Shown here piece by piece: positions 1-9,500 of a stretch of DNA of 64,000 bases. The stretch spans positions 200,065-264,064 of the forward strand of contig CATOSP010000001.1 in assembly GCA_951812625.1 (NCBI GenBank), in the 5' to 3' direction. Under the pieces are notes generated by a model. The model was not told the DNA's origin, made no database searches, and saw only the letters and a list, made by a program, of their open reading frames with translations. Origin of the DNA: an uncultured Dehalococcoidia bacterium. Lineage in GTDB: Bacteria > Chloroflexota > Dehalococcoidia > Lucifugimonadales > UBA3495. Positions within the stretch are counted from its first letter, which is position 1. Each line of letters opens with the position of its first letter. The position numbers and the translations under genes are program-made.

Positions 1-262
1 TCAATTGGGATACTACGTTGTCTCATCCTCAAAAGAACGTGCGTGGAGAGCCTTCGTTCCCTACCTCCGGCAAAGATAGTTCTTATAAGTTGCATTTAGG
101 CGCACACGTTGGCTGTTCAGTTTCCTTGCGGCTCCTTGGAGTAAGGTACCCACATTCCTTACACACTTATCCTACGGAACAGCCGCCAGCCCTTGGATTT
201 AGACCATAGTACAGATTGAATCCATCTACATAAGCTGCCACTCGTTGAATCGAAGTTGCCAT
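1..262 (-). pseudogene. Remnant of an NYN-domain gene. Only about 31 N-terminal codons (167..262) are intact; the frame is broken downstream.
   Basis: The minus-strand ATG at 262 gives MATSIQRVAAYVDGFNLYYGL. VDGFNLYYG is the typical NYN N-terminus. A stop falls at 167 and protein-like residues continue in other frames. The region is A/T-rich compared with its neighbours. Confidence 0.3.
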
Positions 263-297
263 CAGCCAGTCCACTTGCTAGATGTGCCAATAAATGA

Positions 298-324
298 TTG
301 ACACGTAGTATAGCGTGTTATGAT
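298..324 (+). promoter_or_regulatory. Sigma70-like promoter
   Basis: TTGACA at 298-303 and TGtTATGAT (extended -10) at 316-324. The spacer is only 15 nt. Confidence 0.35.
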
Positions 325-392
325 ATGGAGACACTCCCCCAGCGAGAGTATCGCTGGCCCGGCGTCCCCTCTCAAGGGGGCGTCTCTTTTTG
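325..392 (+). ncRNA. Candidate small RNA of about 65 nt, bounded by a promoter and an intrinsic terminator
   Basis: Hairpin 1 at 339-357 is a perfect 7-bp stem (CCAGCGA/TCGCTGG). Hairpin 2 at 361-384 is a 10-bp stem with two G-U pairs, followed by TCTTTTT at 385-391. There is no credible ORF. Confidence 0.3.
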
Positions 393-473
393 TCTACGCC
401 GCAGGTGCCATCACGAAAGTTCCTCCGTCGGCGCAAGCAAGAATCCATAAACCCCCGGAATACAACATTCACG

Positions 474-802
474 CCACCACCCAATTTACTGACACCCAGC
501 CCCTTCCCAACCCCCGGCGCCCTGCCCTATCATATATTCACGGGAAACGGGCGGGGTGATGCTGGGCGCGGCTGGGGAGCGTGCCCAACACCAGCAACCC
601 GTCTAACGCGAGGGAATGGGCAAAAGCTCGCCCCCGGTTGGGGTCGGGGGTGACCGGACAATGGAATTTTGCCCGGTCAGCGGTCCGCCGGTGCTGTGAG
701 CAAATGTGAGGCTTTAGACGGGGGGCCCACAGGCCAAATGTCCGGATATGTCCGGATATGTCCGCAAAAATGGAATTTTCCCCGGTAGTCCGTTGCTGGG
801 AC
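474..802 (+). repeat. Dispersed repeat family, copy A (about 330 bp)
   Basis: Block-wise similarity to 4351-4664. Shared blocks are TTCCCA-N18-TATCAT, CACGGGA..GTGATG, CAAATGnGAGGCT, the decamer triplet and TGGAATTTTCCCCGG.AGTCCGT. Confidence 0.6.
738..767 (+). promoter_or_regulatory. Three tandem 10-bp units (iteron/operator-like)
   Basis: ATGTCCGGAT ATGTCCGGAT ATGTCCGCAA, 120 nt upstream of the start at 887. Confidence 0.45.
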
Positions 803-886
803 TGCCCCCACGTTGAACGCCCCATGAGTCTTGTCTATAATTAGCTCAACATTCCGCCAGCGCGCTGGCATAGAGGGGTGCGTCCC

Positions 887-1003
887 GTGGCCAACCAGAC
901 CGGCAAACGTTATAGCTGCTCCAAGTGCGGGGCCGAGTTCATCGTCACCAAGGGCGGTGAGGGAACCATCAACTGTTGCAGCGAACCCATGCAGCAAAAG
1001 TAA
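887..1003 (+). CDS. Desulforedoxin-like small Cys4 metal-binding protein (38 aa, GTG start)
   Basis: VANQTGKRYSCSKCGAEFIVTKGGEGTINCCSEPMQQK. The pattern Y.C..CG....V..GG.GT..CC...M matches the desulforedoxin / desulfoferrodoxin N-terminal domain. The ORF is too short for the supplied track. Confidence 0.6.
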   Translation: MANQTGKRYSCSKCGAEFIVTKGGEGTINCCSEPMQQK

Positions 1004-1099
1004 ACAGCCGCCAGGCTCCGGCCCTCATACCGTGTATCCAGGGCCCCCGTATCCGGTAACCCCGTAACCAAAGACCCCGTATCCAAGGAGGACCCTCAC

Positions 1100-1243
1100 A
1101 TGGCAAACGAGTTGGGCAAACGCTACGTCTGCGGCACCTGCGGCAGCAGCGTCTTATGTACCAAGAGCGGTGAAGGAGAGATCAACTGCTGCGACGCCGA
1201 GATGGAGTTGCAGCAGCCTCGCAAGCTACCCTCCTCCGACTAG
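1100..1243 (+). CDS. Desulforedoxin-like small Cys4 metal-binding protein, paralog (47 aa)
   Basis: MANELGKRYVCGTCGSSVLCTKSGEGEINCCDAEMELQQ.. with an AAGGAGGA RBS at 1085-1092. It carries the same CxxC...CC motif as the ORF at 887..1003. Confidence 0.65.
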   Translation: MANELGKRYVCGTCGSSVLCTKSGEGEINCCDAEMELQQPRKLPSSD

Positions 1244-1246
1244 CCC

Positions 1247-2686
1247 ATGTTCACATTCAGGGCATGGCCCCGTGCGCGAACGACAGCAGGTGAACTGACC
1301 ACAGGCTTGGTCCGGTTCCTCCGGAATCACTCGCGGTTCGTCTTCGTCGCCGTGGCGGCCATCGTATCCCTGGGCGTCGTCTTCGCCTGGCCTTCCGCCG
1401 CCCACGCCGCCGGGGTGGACCCCGAGACCCAGTTCGTCCTCAACACCTTCGCCTTCCTTATATGGGGCGCACTCGTGATGTGGATGTGCGCCGGGTTCAC
1501 CATGCTCGAGGCCGGTTCGGTGCGCACCAAGAACGCATCGATGATCTGCCTCAAGAACATCGGACTCTACTCCATCGCCGGGATCGCCTTCTTCTTCATC
1601 GGCTACAACCTCATGTACGTCGATGTCTTCCACGTCATCGGCGGCTTCAAGCTACTCTACGGCCCCTCCGCCGACGAGGTGGCCCTCATCCAGGGTCAGG
1701 AGGACGCCCTCCCCGCCGTGGTTGAGAGCGGCAAGGCTGTCATGTCCGACTGGTTCTTCCAGATGGTATTCGTCGCCACCACCGCCTCCATCGTCTCCGG
1801 CACCCTTGCCGAGCGCGTCAACATGTGGTCATTCTTCATCTTCACCCTGCTGCTGACCGCCTTCACCTATCCCGTCGTCGGCGCATGGACCTGGGGTGGC
1901 GGATGGCTGGCCTCAATGGGGTTCACCGACTTCGCTGGCTCCACCATCGTGCACAGCACCGGTGGCTGGGCCGCCCTCGCCGGTGCCATGGTGGTCGGCC
2001 CCCGGCTGGGCAAGTTCCGCCGCGACGGCAGCGCCCGTATAACCCCGCCGTCCAATGTGGTTCTGGTAACGCTGGGCGTCTTCATCCTGTGGTTCGGCTG
2101 GTTCGGCTTCAACGGCGGCTCCCAGTTGGCCCTTGGCAGCGCCCTCGACGCCGTGTGGATGAGCATCGTGCTGGTAAACACCAACCTGGCCGCCGCCGCC
2201 GGTGTGCTCGCCGCCCTAGCCCTCTCCCGGCCCCTCTTCGGTCGCATCGACCTCTTCACCTGCCTAAACGGGGGTCTGGCCGGACTCGTCGCCATCACCG
2301 CCGGGCCAAACTTCGTTGACCATTACTGGGCGCTCATCATCGGCGCAATCGGCGGCGTCATCTGTGCCGGCGGCCTCAAGCTGCTGGAGATAGTCAAAGT
2401 CGACGACGTGGTTGGCGCGATCCCGGTCCACCTCTTCGCCGGAATCTGGGGGACCCTGGCCGTCTGCATCACCACCGGCGCGGACATCCTCGTCCAGCTT
2501 GCCGGGATAGGCTCCGTCGGGGTATTCGTCTTCGGAGTCTCCTGGGTCGCATGGCGCCTGCTCGGATGGACCCTGGGCGCACGCGTCTCCGAGCAGGTGG
2601 AGCAGTTGGGACAGGACGCCGCCGAGCTGGGTATCGAGGCCTACCCCGAATTCGTCCTCATGCCCGACTTCCCCGAAGACGACTAG
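1247..2686 (+). CDS. amt: Ammonium transporter (Amt family)
   Basis: 479 aa and polytopic. Amt signatures are present: AGFTMLEAGSVRTKN, DFAGSTIVHSTGGWAALAGA and FGWFGFNGGS. The start lies 3 nt after the previous stop. Confidence 0.9.
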   Translation: MFTFRAWPRARTTAGELTTGLVRFLRNHSRFVFVAVAAIVSLGVVFAWPSAAHAAGVDPETQFVLNTFAFLIWGALVMWMCAGFTMLEAGSVRTKNASMICLKNIGLYSIAGIAFFFIGYNLMYVDVFHVIGGFKLLYGPSADEVALIQGQEDALPAVVESGKAVMSDWFFQMVFVATTASIVSGTLAERVNMWSFFIFTLLLTAFTYPVVGAWTWGGGWLASMGFTDFAGSTIVHSTGGWAALAGAMVVGPRLGKFRRDGSARITPPSNVVLVTLGVFILWFGWFGFNGGSQLALGSALDAVWMSIVLVNTNLAAAAGVLAALALSRPLFGRIDLFTCLNGGLAGLVAITAGPNFVDHYWALIIGAIGGVICAGGLKLLEIVKVDDVVGAIPVHLFAGIWGTLAVCITTGADILVQLAGIGSVGVFVFGVSWVAWRLLGWTLGARVSEQVEQLGQDAAELGIEAYPEFVLMPDFPEDD

Positions 2687-2728
2687 CCGGTATCGTAAGA
2701 CCGGTACAACCCCATGACAGCATCAGAC

Positions 2729-2760
2729 AAGAAGGCCCCGGAACGCTCCGGGGCCTTCTT
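2729..2760. terminator. Bidirectional hairpin between convergent genes
   Basis: AAGAAGGCCCCGGA-ACGC-TCCGGGGCCTTCTT, a 14-bp perfect stem. Confidence 0.6.
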
Positions 2761-2786
2761 AACACTACAGCTTAGTCCGTCACATC

Positions 2787-3857
2787 CTACTGGAAGTAGG
2801 GTATCACGTGGCGGCCCATCAGCTTGATCGAGTCCATGATCCGGGTATGCTCCAGGTTCCCCGGCTGGACGAAGCATAGCACCTGGTCCACCCCCGTCTC
2901 CTGGTACTTCTTCATCACCTCTATGATGGTGTCCGGGTCGCCCATGGCGAACGCCCCCGACGCCAGGTGGTCCTCGGCGGTCTTGTCCGCCCGCTCCGTC
3001 TGCACCGCGTCCACCGCGAACCGGTAGGAATCGGGCACCTTCCGCCCCGTCCACGGCGCGTACAGGTTCTCGGCTTGCTGCACGAACCAGGCCCCCTCCT
3101 GCCCCCCGATGCGCCGCGCCTCCTCGTCGTCCTCGCCGCAATGCACGATGCACAGGGCGGCCACCTGGTTGTTGACGAAAGACCCCACCGGCTCGGCGTT
3201 CTTCACCGCCTCCTTGTAGGCCGCGACCCGCTCCTCCATCTGGGCATAGCCCCCCAGGTTGAAGCACAGCACCCCCAGCCCCAACTCCCCCGCCTGCCGG
3301 AAGGAGTCCGGCTGGCTGCAGGCCACCCACAGGGGCGGGTGCGGGTTCTGCACCGGCTTGGGGATAACCGACCGCTCCGGAATGTTGAAGAACTCCCCCT
3401 GGTGCGAGAACGGGTCCTCGGTCCACATCTTGGGTATCATGCCGATGGCTTCCCGCCACTGGGCCCTGGTCTGCTCCGGGTCAACCTCGAACCCGTCCAT
3501 CTCGATCAGCGTCGTTGACCGGCCCGTGCCCAGGTCCATGCGTCCGTCACTCAGGATGTCCAGCACCGCCGCGCGCTCCGCCACCCTGACGGGATGGTTG
3601 TACTGCCCCGGCAGCAGCGCCACCGCGTGCCCGATCCGGATGCGCTTGGTCCGCTGGGATATGGCCCCGTACAGCACCTCAGGCGCGGAGCAGTGCGAGA
3701 ACTCCCGCAGGAAGTGGTGCTCCACCGTCCAGAAGTAATCGAACCCGACCTCATCCGCCAGGTCCACCTGGGCCAGCACCTGCTTGTACCGCTCTGCCTC
3801 AACGCCGGGATAGTGTGGTTCCGGTATCTGAATCTCGTACATCAATCCGAATTTCAT
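2787..3857 (-). CDS. LLM-class (luciferase-like) flavin-dependent oxidoreductase
   Basis: MKFGLMYEIQ... FDYFWTVEHHF ... is the typical LLM N-terminus, and the 356-aa length fits. Confidence 0.85.
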   Translation of the reverse strand: MKFGLMYEIQIPEPHYPGVEAERYKQVLAQVDLADEVGFDYFWTVEHHFLREFSHCSAPEVLYGAISQRTKRIRIGHAVALLPGQYNHPVRVAERAAVLDILSDGRMDLGTGRSTTLIEMDGFEVDPEQTRAQWREAIGMIPKMWTEDPFSHQGEFFNIPERSVIPKPVQNPHPPLWVACSQPDSFRQAGELGLGVLCFNLGGYAQMEERVAAYKEAVKNAEPVGSFVNNQVAALCIVHCGEDDEEARRIGGQEGAWFVQQAENLYAPWTGRKVPDSYRFAVDAVQTERADKTAEDHLASGAFAMGDPDTIIEVMKKYQETGVDQVLCFVQPGNLEHTRIMDSIKLMGRHVIPYFQ

Positions 3858-3998
3858 AGCCCCTAACCCTCAAAGCGTGACTTCGCGGCCATTCTAGCAC
3901 ACCTGCCTCAACGGCCTTGCATGTTAGAATAGCGACTGCCTTTCATCACCCAGTTTGCTTGGTATAGACGGGCTAATCTGCCAACGGAGCGGGCACAG

Positions 3999-4223
3999 AT
4001 GCCGGAACAGATAACAGTCTCTGTCGATCCCGATTTGGCCGACATGTACCGTTCCGCTTCGGACGATGACCGTCGCAAGCTCGATTTGATTATCAACCTG
4101 CGCCTGCGCGATGCAATAGAGTCCAGGAGATCGCTCCGGGACATCATGCTGGAGATCAGCCGCAACGCGCAAAAGCGCGGCGTCACTCCGGAGATATTGC
4201 AGTCCATTCTGGACGAAGAATGA
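3999..4223 (+). CDS. Small antitoxin-like protein (74 aa)
   Basis: Its stop overlaps the ATG of a PIN-like remnant (ATGA at 4220-4223). The size and charge are typical of type II antitoxins. No specific family was recognised. Confidence 0.45.
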   Translation: MPEQITVSVDPDLADMYRSASDDDRRKLDLIINLRLRDAIESRRSLRDIMLEISRNAQKRGVTPEILQSILDEE

Positions 4224-4288
4224 CCCGCATCGTCTTTGATGCGAAAGTCATCATTAGAGGGCATGTTGAAGGCTTCAAGTCATACTAA
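4220..4288 (+). pseudogene. 5' remnant (22 codons) of a PIN/VapC-like toxin gene
   Basis: MTRIVFDAKVIIRGHVEGFKSY*. The ATGA overlap with the upstream ORF and the M..IV.D start resemble VapC. The ORF ends just before repeat copy B. Confidence 0.3.
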
Positions 4289-4350
4289 CCTCCACGGGTC
4301 GGATACAGACTAAACCCGGCTGTGGTGTAATTCCCACTGCAATCCCAAGA

Positions 4351-4664
4351 CACCAACCCACACCACTGACACTTGCCCCTTTCAAACCCGGACCCGCTAC
4401 CCTATCATATCCTCACGGGACTCGACCGGAGTGATGGGAACTTCGGGGGAATGTACCTGTCACGCGCAAACCGGCCAACACGAGGAAACTAATGAAAACG
4501 TCCGTACATGACAGGAAACACTTCGCTTTCCCCGACAGCGGGCGCCGGATCCCCGGAAGCAAATGAGAGGCTGCAAACGTGAAATCAACGGGCCAAATGT
4601 CCGCAAATGTCCGGATATGACCGGAAAATTGGAATTTTCCCCCGGCAGTCCGTCAACCCGGGAC
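4351..4664 (+). repeat. Dispersed repeat family, copy B
   Basis: See copy A. It has the same conserved TTTCAA-N17-TATCAT block at 4380-4408 and the same 3' blocks. Confidence 0.6.
4597..4626 (+). promoter_or_regulatory. Three tandem 10-bp units (iteron/operator-like)
   Basis: ATGTCCGCAA ATGTCCGGAT ATGACCGGAA, 91 nt upstream of the ATG at 4717. Confidence 0.45.
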
Positions 4665-4716
4665 CACCATCCCATCACTTGAGAGGCCAACGCGAAGGCA
4701 CTATACTGGCCCAGCT

Positions 4717-5808
4717 ATGCAGAATCGCACCGAATCGACAACCCTCAACGCCCGCCGCATCGACATCGAAAACTCATTCGACGCCATCCAGGACTACTAC
4801 GCCGCCCAGGGCTGGACCGACGGCCTCCCCGTGGTTCCCGCCACCGAGCCGCTGGTGCGCCGGATGCTGGAGGCGTGCCCGGAGGCCCTGAGCGGCCCGC
4901 CCGGCCACTCCCTCGGCATCATGCACCCGCGCAACGCCCGGGTCACCCTGGAAAAGATCGCCATCAACGCCGTCATGGCCGGTTGCCGCCCTGAGTACTT
5001 CCCCGTGGTGCTGGCCGCGGTCAAAGCCGTGATGAAGGAAGAATTCAACGTCGCTGGGGTATCCTCTACCACCGGGGGCGCAGCCCCGGTCATCATAGTC
5101 AATGGCCCCGTCGCGTCCCGCCTCGACATCAACGGCGACGCTGGCTGCTTCGGCCCCGGGTACCGCGCCAACGCCTCCATCGGCAGGGCGCTGCGCCTGC
5201 TCATCCGCAACGTGGGCGGACTCGTCCCCGGCGAGATGGACAAGGCAACCCTCGCCCTCCCCGGTCGCTACACCTTCTGCTTCTCAGAAAACGAGGCCCG
5301 CAGCCCCTGGGAACCCCGCCACGTCGAATTGGGCCGCGACGCCGGTACCAGCATGGTCACCGTCGCCGGCATCCGCGGCGTCTACCCCGTCATGGAGACC
5401 ACCGTCTCCACCGGCCTGGAAGTCCTGGCCACCATCGTCGGCACCATGCGCGGCTCCGCCGTCTCCAACTACTACCAGATCGGTACCGGTGCTCAGATTG
5501 TCCTGGTCCTCTGCCCAGAACACGCCGACGACATCGCGGGCTCTGGCCTGTCCAAGGAAGACGTGCGCCAGTACGTCTACCACAACGCCCGGATGCCCAT
5601 CGCCCAGCTGAAGGGTGTCGCCCACTACGGAAACCGCAACTGGCCCGCCTGGGTCGACGAGGACAACCCCAACACCATGGTCCCGCTGGTCCGCGACCCC
5701 AAGGACATCGCCATTGTTGTAGCCGGCGGCGACGGCCGCCACTCCGCATGGTTGGCGGGCTGGGGCGTAACCCGCATGACCACCCAGGACATAGACCTCC
5801 CCGAATAG
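4717..5808 (+). CDS. Conserved-looking protein of unknown function (363 aa)
   Basis: Long ORF with ordinary soluble-protein composition and a GWTDGLPVVPAT motif. I cannot name the family. Confidence 0.6.
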   Translation: MQNRTESTTLNARRIDIENSFDAIQDYYAAQGWTDGLPVVPATEPLVRRMLEACPEALSGPPGHSLGIMHPRNARVTLEKIAINAVMAGCRPEYFPVVLAAVKAVMKEEFNVAGVSSTTGGAAPVIIVNGPVASRLDINGDAGCFGPGYRANASIGRALRLLIRNVGGLVPGEMDKATLALPGRYTFCFSENEARSPWEPRHVELGRDAGTSMVTVAGIRGVYPVMETTVSTGLEVLATIVGTMRGSAVSNYYQIGTGAQIVLVLCPEHADDIAGSGLSKEDVRQYVYHNARMPIAQLKGVAHYGNRNWPAWVDEDNPNTMVPLVRDPKDIAIVVAGGDGRHSAWLAGWGVTRMTTQDIDLPE

Positions 5809-5847
5809 TCCACCCCACCGCACCCCACCCATCATTCCCGCGAAAAG

Positions 5848-5873
5848 CCTGCCCCTGGCTCGATCGGGGCAGG
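5848..5873 (+). terminator. Hairpin downstream of 4717..5808
   Basis: CCTGCCCC-N10-GGGGCAGG. Confidence 0.4.
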
Positions 5874-6036
5874 AATCCACAGCATGGCCCCTGTTATTTC
5901 TCTAACATTAGGTCAACCCGGAATAATTCCCGTTTCCGAACATCACAAGGACATTTGCAAACAGGACTGCAAACTTATTGACGCGGATTGACCACGAGAT
6001 GTACCATATTCGTAACCAATAGAAGGAGAGGATACT

Positions 6037-6303
6037 ATGGCACAGGCAGCTTTTGTTCCCGGCGCGGAAGACATTGTCATCCCGGTGGTTTGTCGCCATC
6101 ACTGGGTTATCCAGCCCGCCAACGGCCCCGAAAGCCAGGGTGAGTGTCAGGTCTGCGGCGAGGTCAAGTCCTTCAAAAACCACGTCGAAAACGGCTCTTG
6201 GGGCGACATTCGTCTCAATCCCCCCACCGCCATCGACCAGATCCGGGACCAGCGAAGGTCAATTATGATGGACGAGCAAGAGGACTTCGAGGAAGGGGAC
6301 TAG
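6037..6303 (+). CDS. Small Cys-containing protein (88 aa), unknown function
   Basis: GAAGGAGAGG RBS before the ATG. It contains CRHH...CQVCGE (a putative Zn site) and an acidic tail. Confidence 0.55.
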   Translation: MAQAAFVPGAEDIVIPVVCRHHWVIQPANGPESQGECQVCGEVKSFKNHVENGSWGDIRLNPPTAIDQIRDQRRSIMMDEQEDFEEGD

Positions 6304-6363
6304 CAAGGCTCACGGATTCGCCTTCGCCTCCTCTCCTCCCCCGAAATCCCAGCGTCAATCACG

Positions 6364-6419
6364 CCCCCGTGCAGGGCCAGCCAGGAAACAATCTGGCCTC
6401 GCACGGGGGCTTTCTTATC
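6364..6419 (+). terminator. Long hairpin plus T-rich tail
   Basis: CCCCCGTGC...GCACGGGGG followed by CTTTCTTAT. Confidence 0.5.
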
Positions 6420-6577
6420 CCCGGAGCATCCCCGCACTACCCATGCGCTGCTCCTCCGCGGGCCGATTTGTGGTAGCAAATCCCGACCGGATTACCAGAT
6501 ATTGTAGTTTATGTCTACTCCAGCCTTGACAGCTACCTATCGGGGTAGGGCTATAATGTCCCTTCCCGGAGGTTTAG

Positions 6578-9500
6578 ATGTCGAGTCGTCCCATTGCCAG
6601 CCCGTTCACCCACCTGCACGTCCACACCGAGTACAGCATGTTGGACGGGATCAGCCGCATCCCGGAGTTGGTGACCCAGACCGCTAACCTCGGCATGTCG
6701 GCCTTGGCAATGACCGACCACGGCACTCTCTACGGAGCGGTTGACTTCTATTCCGCCTGCATCGAGGCTGGGATCAAGCCCATCATCGGCTGCGAAGTCT
6801 ACATGGCCAGGGGCAGCCGCCTCGAACGCAGCGGCTCCGAGCGCAGCCCCCACCACCTGGTGCTGCTGGCCAGGGACAACACCGGCTACCGCAACCTGAT
6901 GCAGCTCGTTACCCTCGCCCACACTGAGGGTTTCTACTACAAACCTCGCATCGACCGGGAGATTCTGGAACAGTACCGCGGCGGCCTCATAGCCCTGTCC
7001 GGTTGCCCCTCCGCCGAAGTCCCGGAGCTGATAGCCGACGGCAACTTCGACGAGGCAAAGCGGGTCGCCAATTGGTACCGGGACCTCTTCGGCGACGGCT
7101 ACTTCCTGGAACTGCAGCGCCACGAGCACGTCCCCCAGCTATCAGAGATCAACGATGGCTTGGTCCGCATGTCCCGCGAGATGGACCTGCCTCTCGTGGT
7201 TACCAACGACGCCCACTACGTCCACCAGGCCGACTCCCCGTTGCAGGACGTTTACATCTGCATCCAGACCAACACCAACATCCACGACGAGAAACGTCTG
7301 CGCATGGAGGACACGTCCTACTACATCAAGAGCGCGGACGAGATGGCCCTCCTGTTTCCTGAGTTCCCCGAGGCGCTGGCCAACACCGGGCGCATCGCCG
7401 AGATGTGCAACGTGGAGTTGAGCTTCGGCCAGACCCACCTCCCCCGGTTCCGGACCCCCAACAACATGGACGCGGAAGAGTACCTGACCCAGTTGTGCTG
7501 GGAAGGGTTCAAGCGCCGCTACCCCAACCCGGCTCCCGAGGCCGTACAGCGGTTGGAGTACGAGTTGGAGGTCATCAAGTACACCCAGTTCGCCAACTAC
7601 TTCCTGGTGGTCTGGGACATCATCGACTTCGTTCGCAAGCAGGGCATCATGTACGGAGTCCGGGGCAGCGCCGCCGCCAGCGTGGCCCTCTACTGCCTCG
7701 GCATAACCAACGTTGACCCCCTGGAGTACCGCTTGGTATTCGAGCGGTTCCTCAACCTGGAACGCAAGGAGATGCCGGACATCGACCTCGACTTCCAGGA
7801 TGACCGCCGGGACGAGGTATTGCACTACGTCATCGATAAGTACGGCAGCGACCACGTTGCCCAGATAATCACCTTCGGCACCCTCGGCGCAAAGGCCGCT
7901 CTGCGTGACGTGGGCCGCGCAATGGGCATGGCCTACGGCGACGTGGACCGGATCGCACGCATGGTCCCCTTCAAGGCCCGCAACCTCGAGGACGCACTGC
8001 GGGTCAACCCCGAGTTCGAGACCGCCTATCAGGACGAGAACGCGACAAAGGAACTGGTCGACAAGGCTCAGGGACTGGAGGGCATAGTCCACCACGTCAG
8101 CACCCATGCCGCGGGTGTCCTTATCGCCGACGAGCCGCTGACCGAGACTGTCCCTCTGCAACGCCCCACCCGAGGCGACGAGTCCAGCCCGGTCCTGATG
8201 ACCCAGTACTCCATGGATCCTGTGGCCCATCTGGGCCTGCTCAAGATGGACTTCCTCGGTCTGACCAACCTGACCATCCTGGACCGGGCGGTCAAAATCC
8301 TGGAGCAGAACCAGGGCATCCGGATCGACTTGGACCGGCTTCCCCTCAATGACCGGGACACCTTCGACCTCCTCTCCTCTGGGCACACCACTGACCTGTT
8401 CCAGTTGGAAAGTGCCGGGATGCGCCGGTACATCAAGGAGTTGAAGCCTTCCAGCCTCAGCGACATCTCCGCCATGATCGCCCTGTACCGCCCCGGCCCG
8501 ATGGAAAACATCGACGCGTTCATCGACGCCAAGCATGGTCGGGCGCCCATCACCTACCCCCATCCCAGCTTCAAGGAGCTTCTCGACGAGACCTACGGCA
8601 TCATCGTCTACCAGGACCAGGTTCTCCTGATCCTCCAGCAGTTCGCCGGGTATTCCCTCGGCGCAGCCGACATCGTCCGCAAGGCTATGGGCAAGAAGAT
8701 TGCCGAACTGATGGCCCAGGAGCGGGATAATTTCGTCGCCGGCGCACAGTCCAAGGGATATGGCGAGGACATAGCGGTAGATATCTTCAACCTCATAGAG
8801 CCCTTCGCCGGGTACGCCTTCAACAAGGCCCATAGCGTCAGCTACGCCCTGATTTCCTACTGGACGGCCTATTTCAAGGCCCACTATCCCCTGGAATACA
8901 TGTGCGCCGTCCTCAACTCCCGGCTGGACAACCCGGACAAGATCGTTTCTTCCATCAACGAGTGTTTCCGCCTCGGCATATCCGTGCACCTGCCCGACGT
9001 AAACAGCTCCGAGGAGCTCTTCACAATAGATCACAGCGTCGGTGCAGACCCCGGCCTGAGAATCGGGCTGGCTGCCATCAAGACCGTGGGCGAGGGAGCA
9101 GTCCGTCCGCTGGTCGAGGAACGGAAGGAGAACGGGCCATACAAGTCCATCGACGACTTCTGCCGCCGCGCCGACTCCCGGGGCCTCAACCGCCGCACGA
9201 TGGAAGCCCTGGCCAAGGCAGGCGCTTTCGACACCCTCGCCCCCCGGGGCGCAGTGGTCGATGCTGTTGACCAGATTGTGGCCACCTCCCAGTTGGAAGC
9301 CCGCCGCCGCGACTCCGGCCAGACCAGCTTCTTCGACGGCGCAGCCGAAGGTGAAGGTTCCGACGCCCTCCCTGGCTTCACCCTCTCCGACCGGGACGTT
9401 GAGGACGGCACCAAGGCGGGATGGGAAAAGGAACTGCTCGGAGTATCCCTCTCCCACAACCCGCTGCTCCAGATCGCAGGTCTGGACGCCGACGATGCGG

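Noticed and set aside
738-767. The decamer repeats read on the other strand (TATCCGGACA) looked vaguely like DnaA boxes near replication genes.
   Set aside because: They do not match the TTATCCACA consensus without an insertion. No dnaA/dnaN or AT-rich unwinding element is nearby.
538-825. Minus-strand ORFs 538..825 and 4460..4690 share GENS.F..ISGH.RTFG, which suggested a conserved small protein.
   Set aside because: The shared residues are simply the translation of the tandem decamer DNA repeat. The rest of the two ORFs is unrelated and Arg/Pro/Ser-rich. Similarity is better explained at the nucleotide level.
864-880. Sigma-54-like TGGCAT-N-GGTGC just before the first mini-ORF and amt (a nitrogen-regulation idea).
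   Set aside because: The GG/GC spacing is one base off the strict -24/-12 geometry, and the element abuts the GTG start, leaving no leader.
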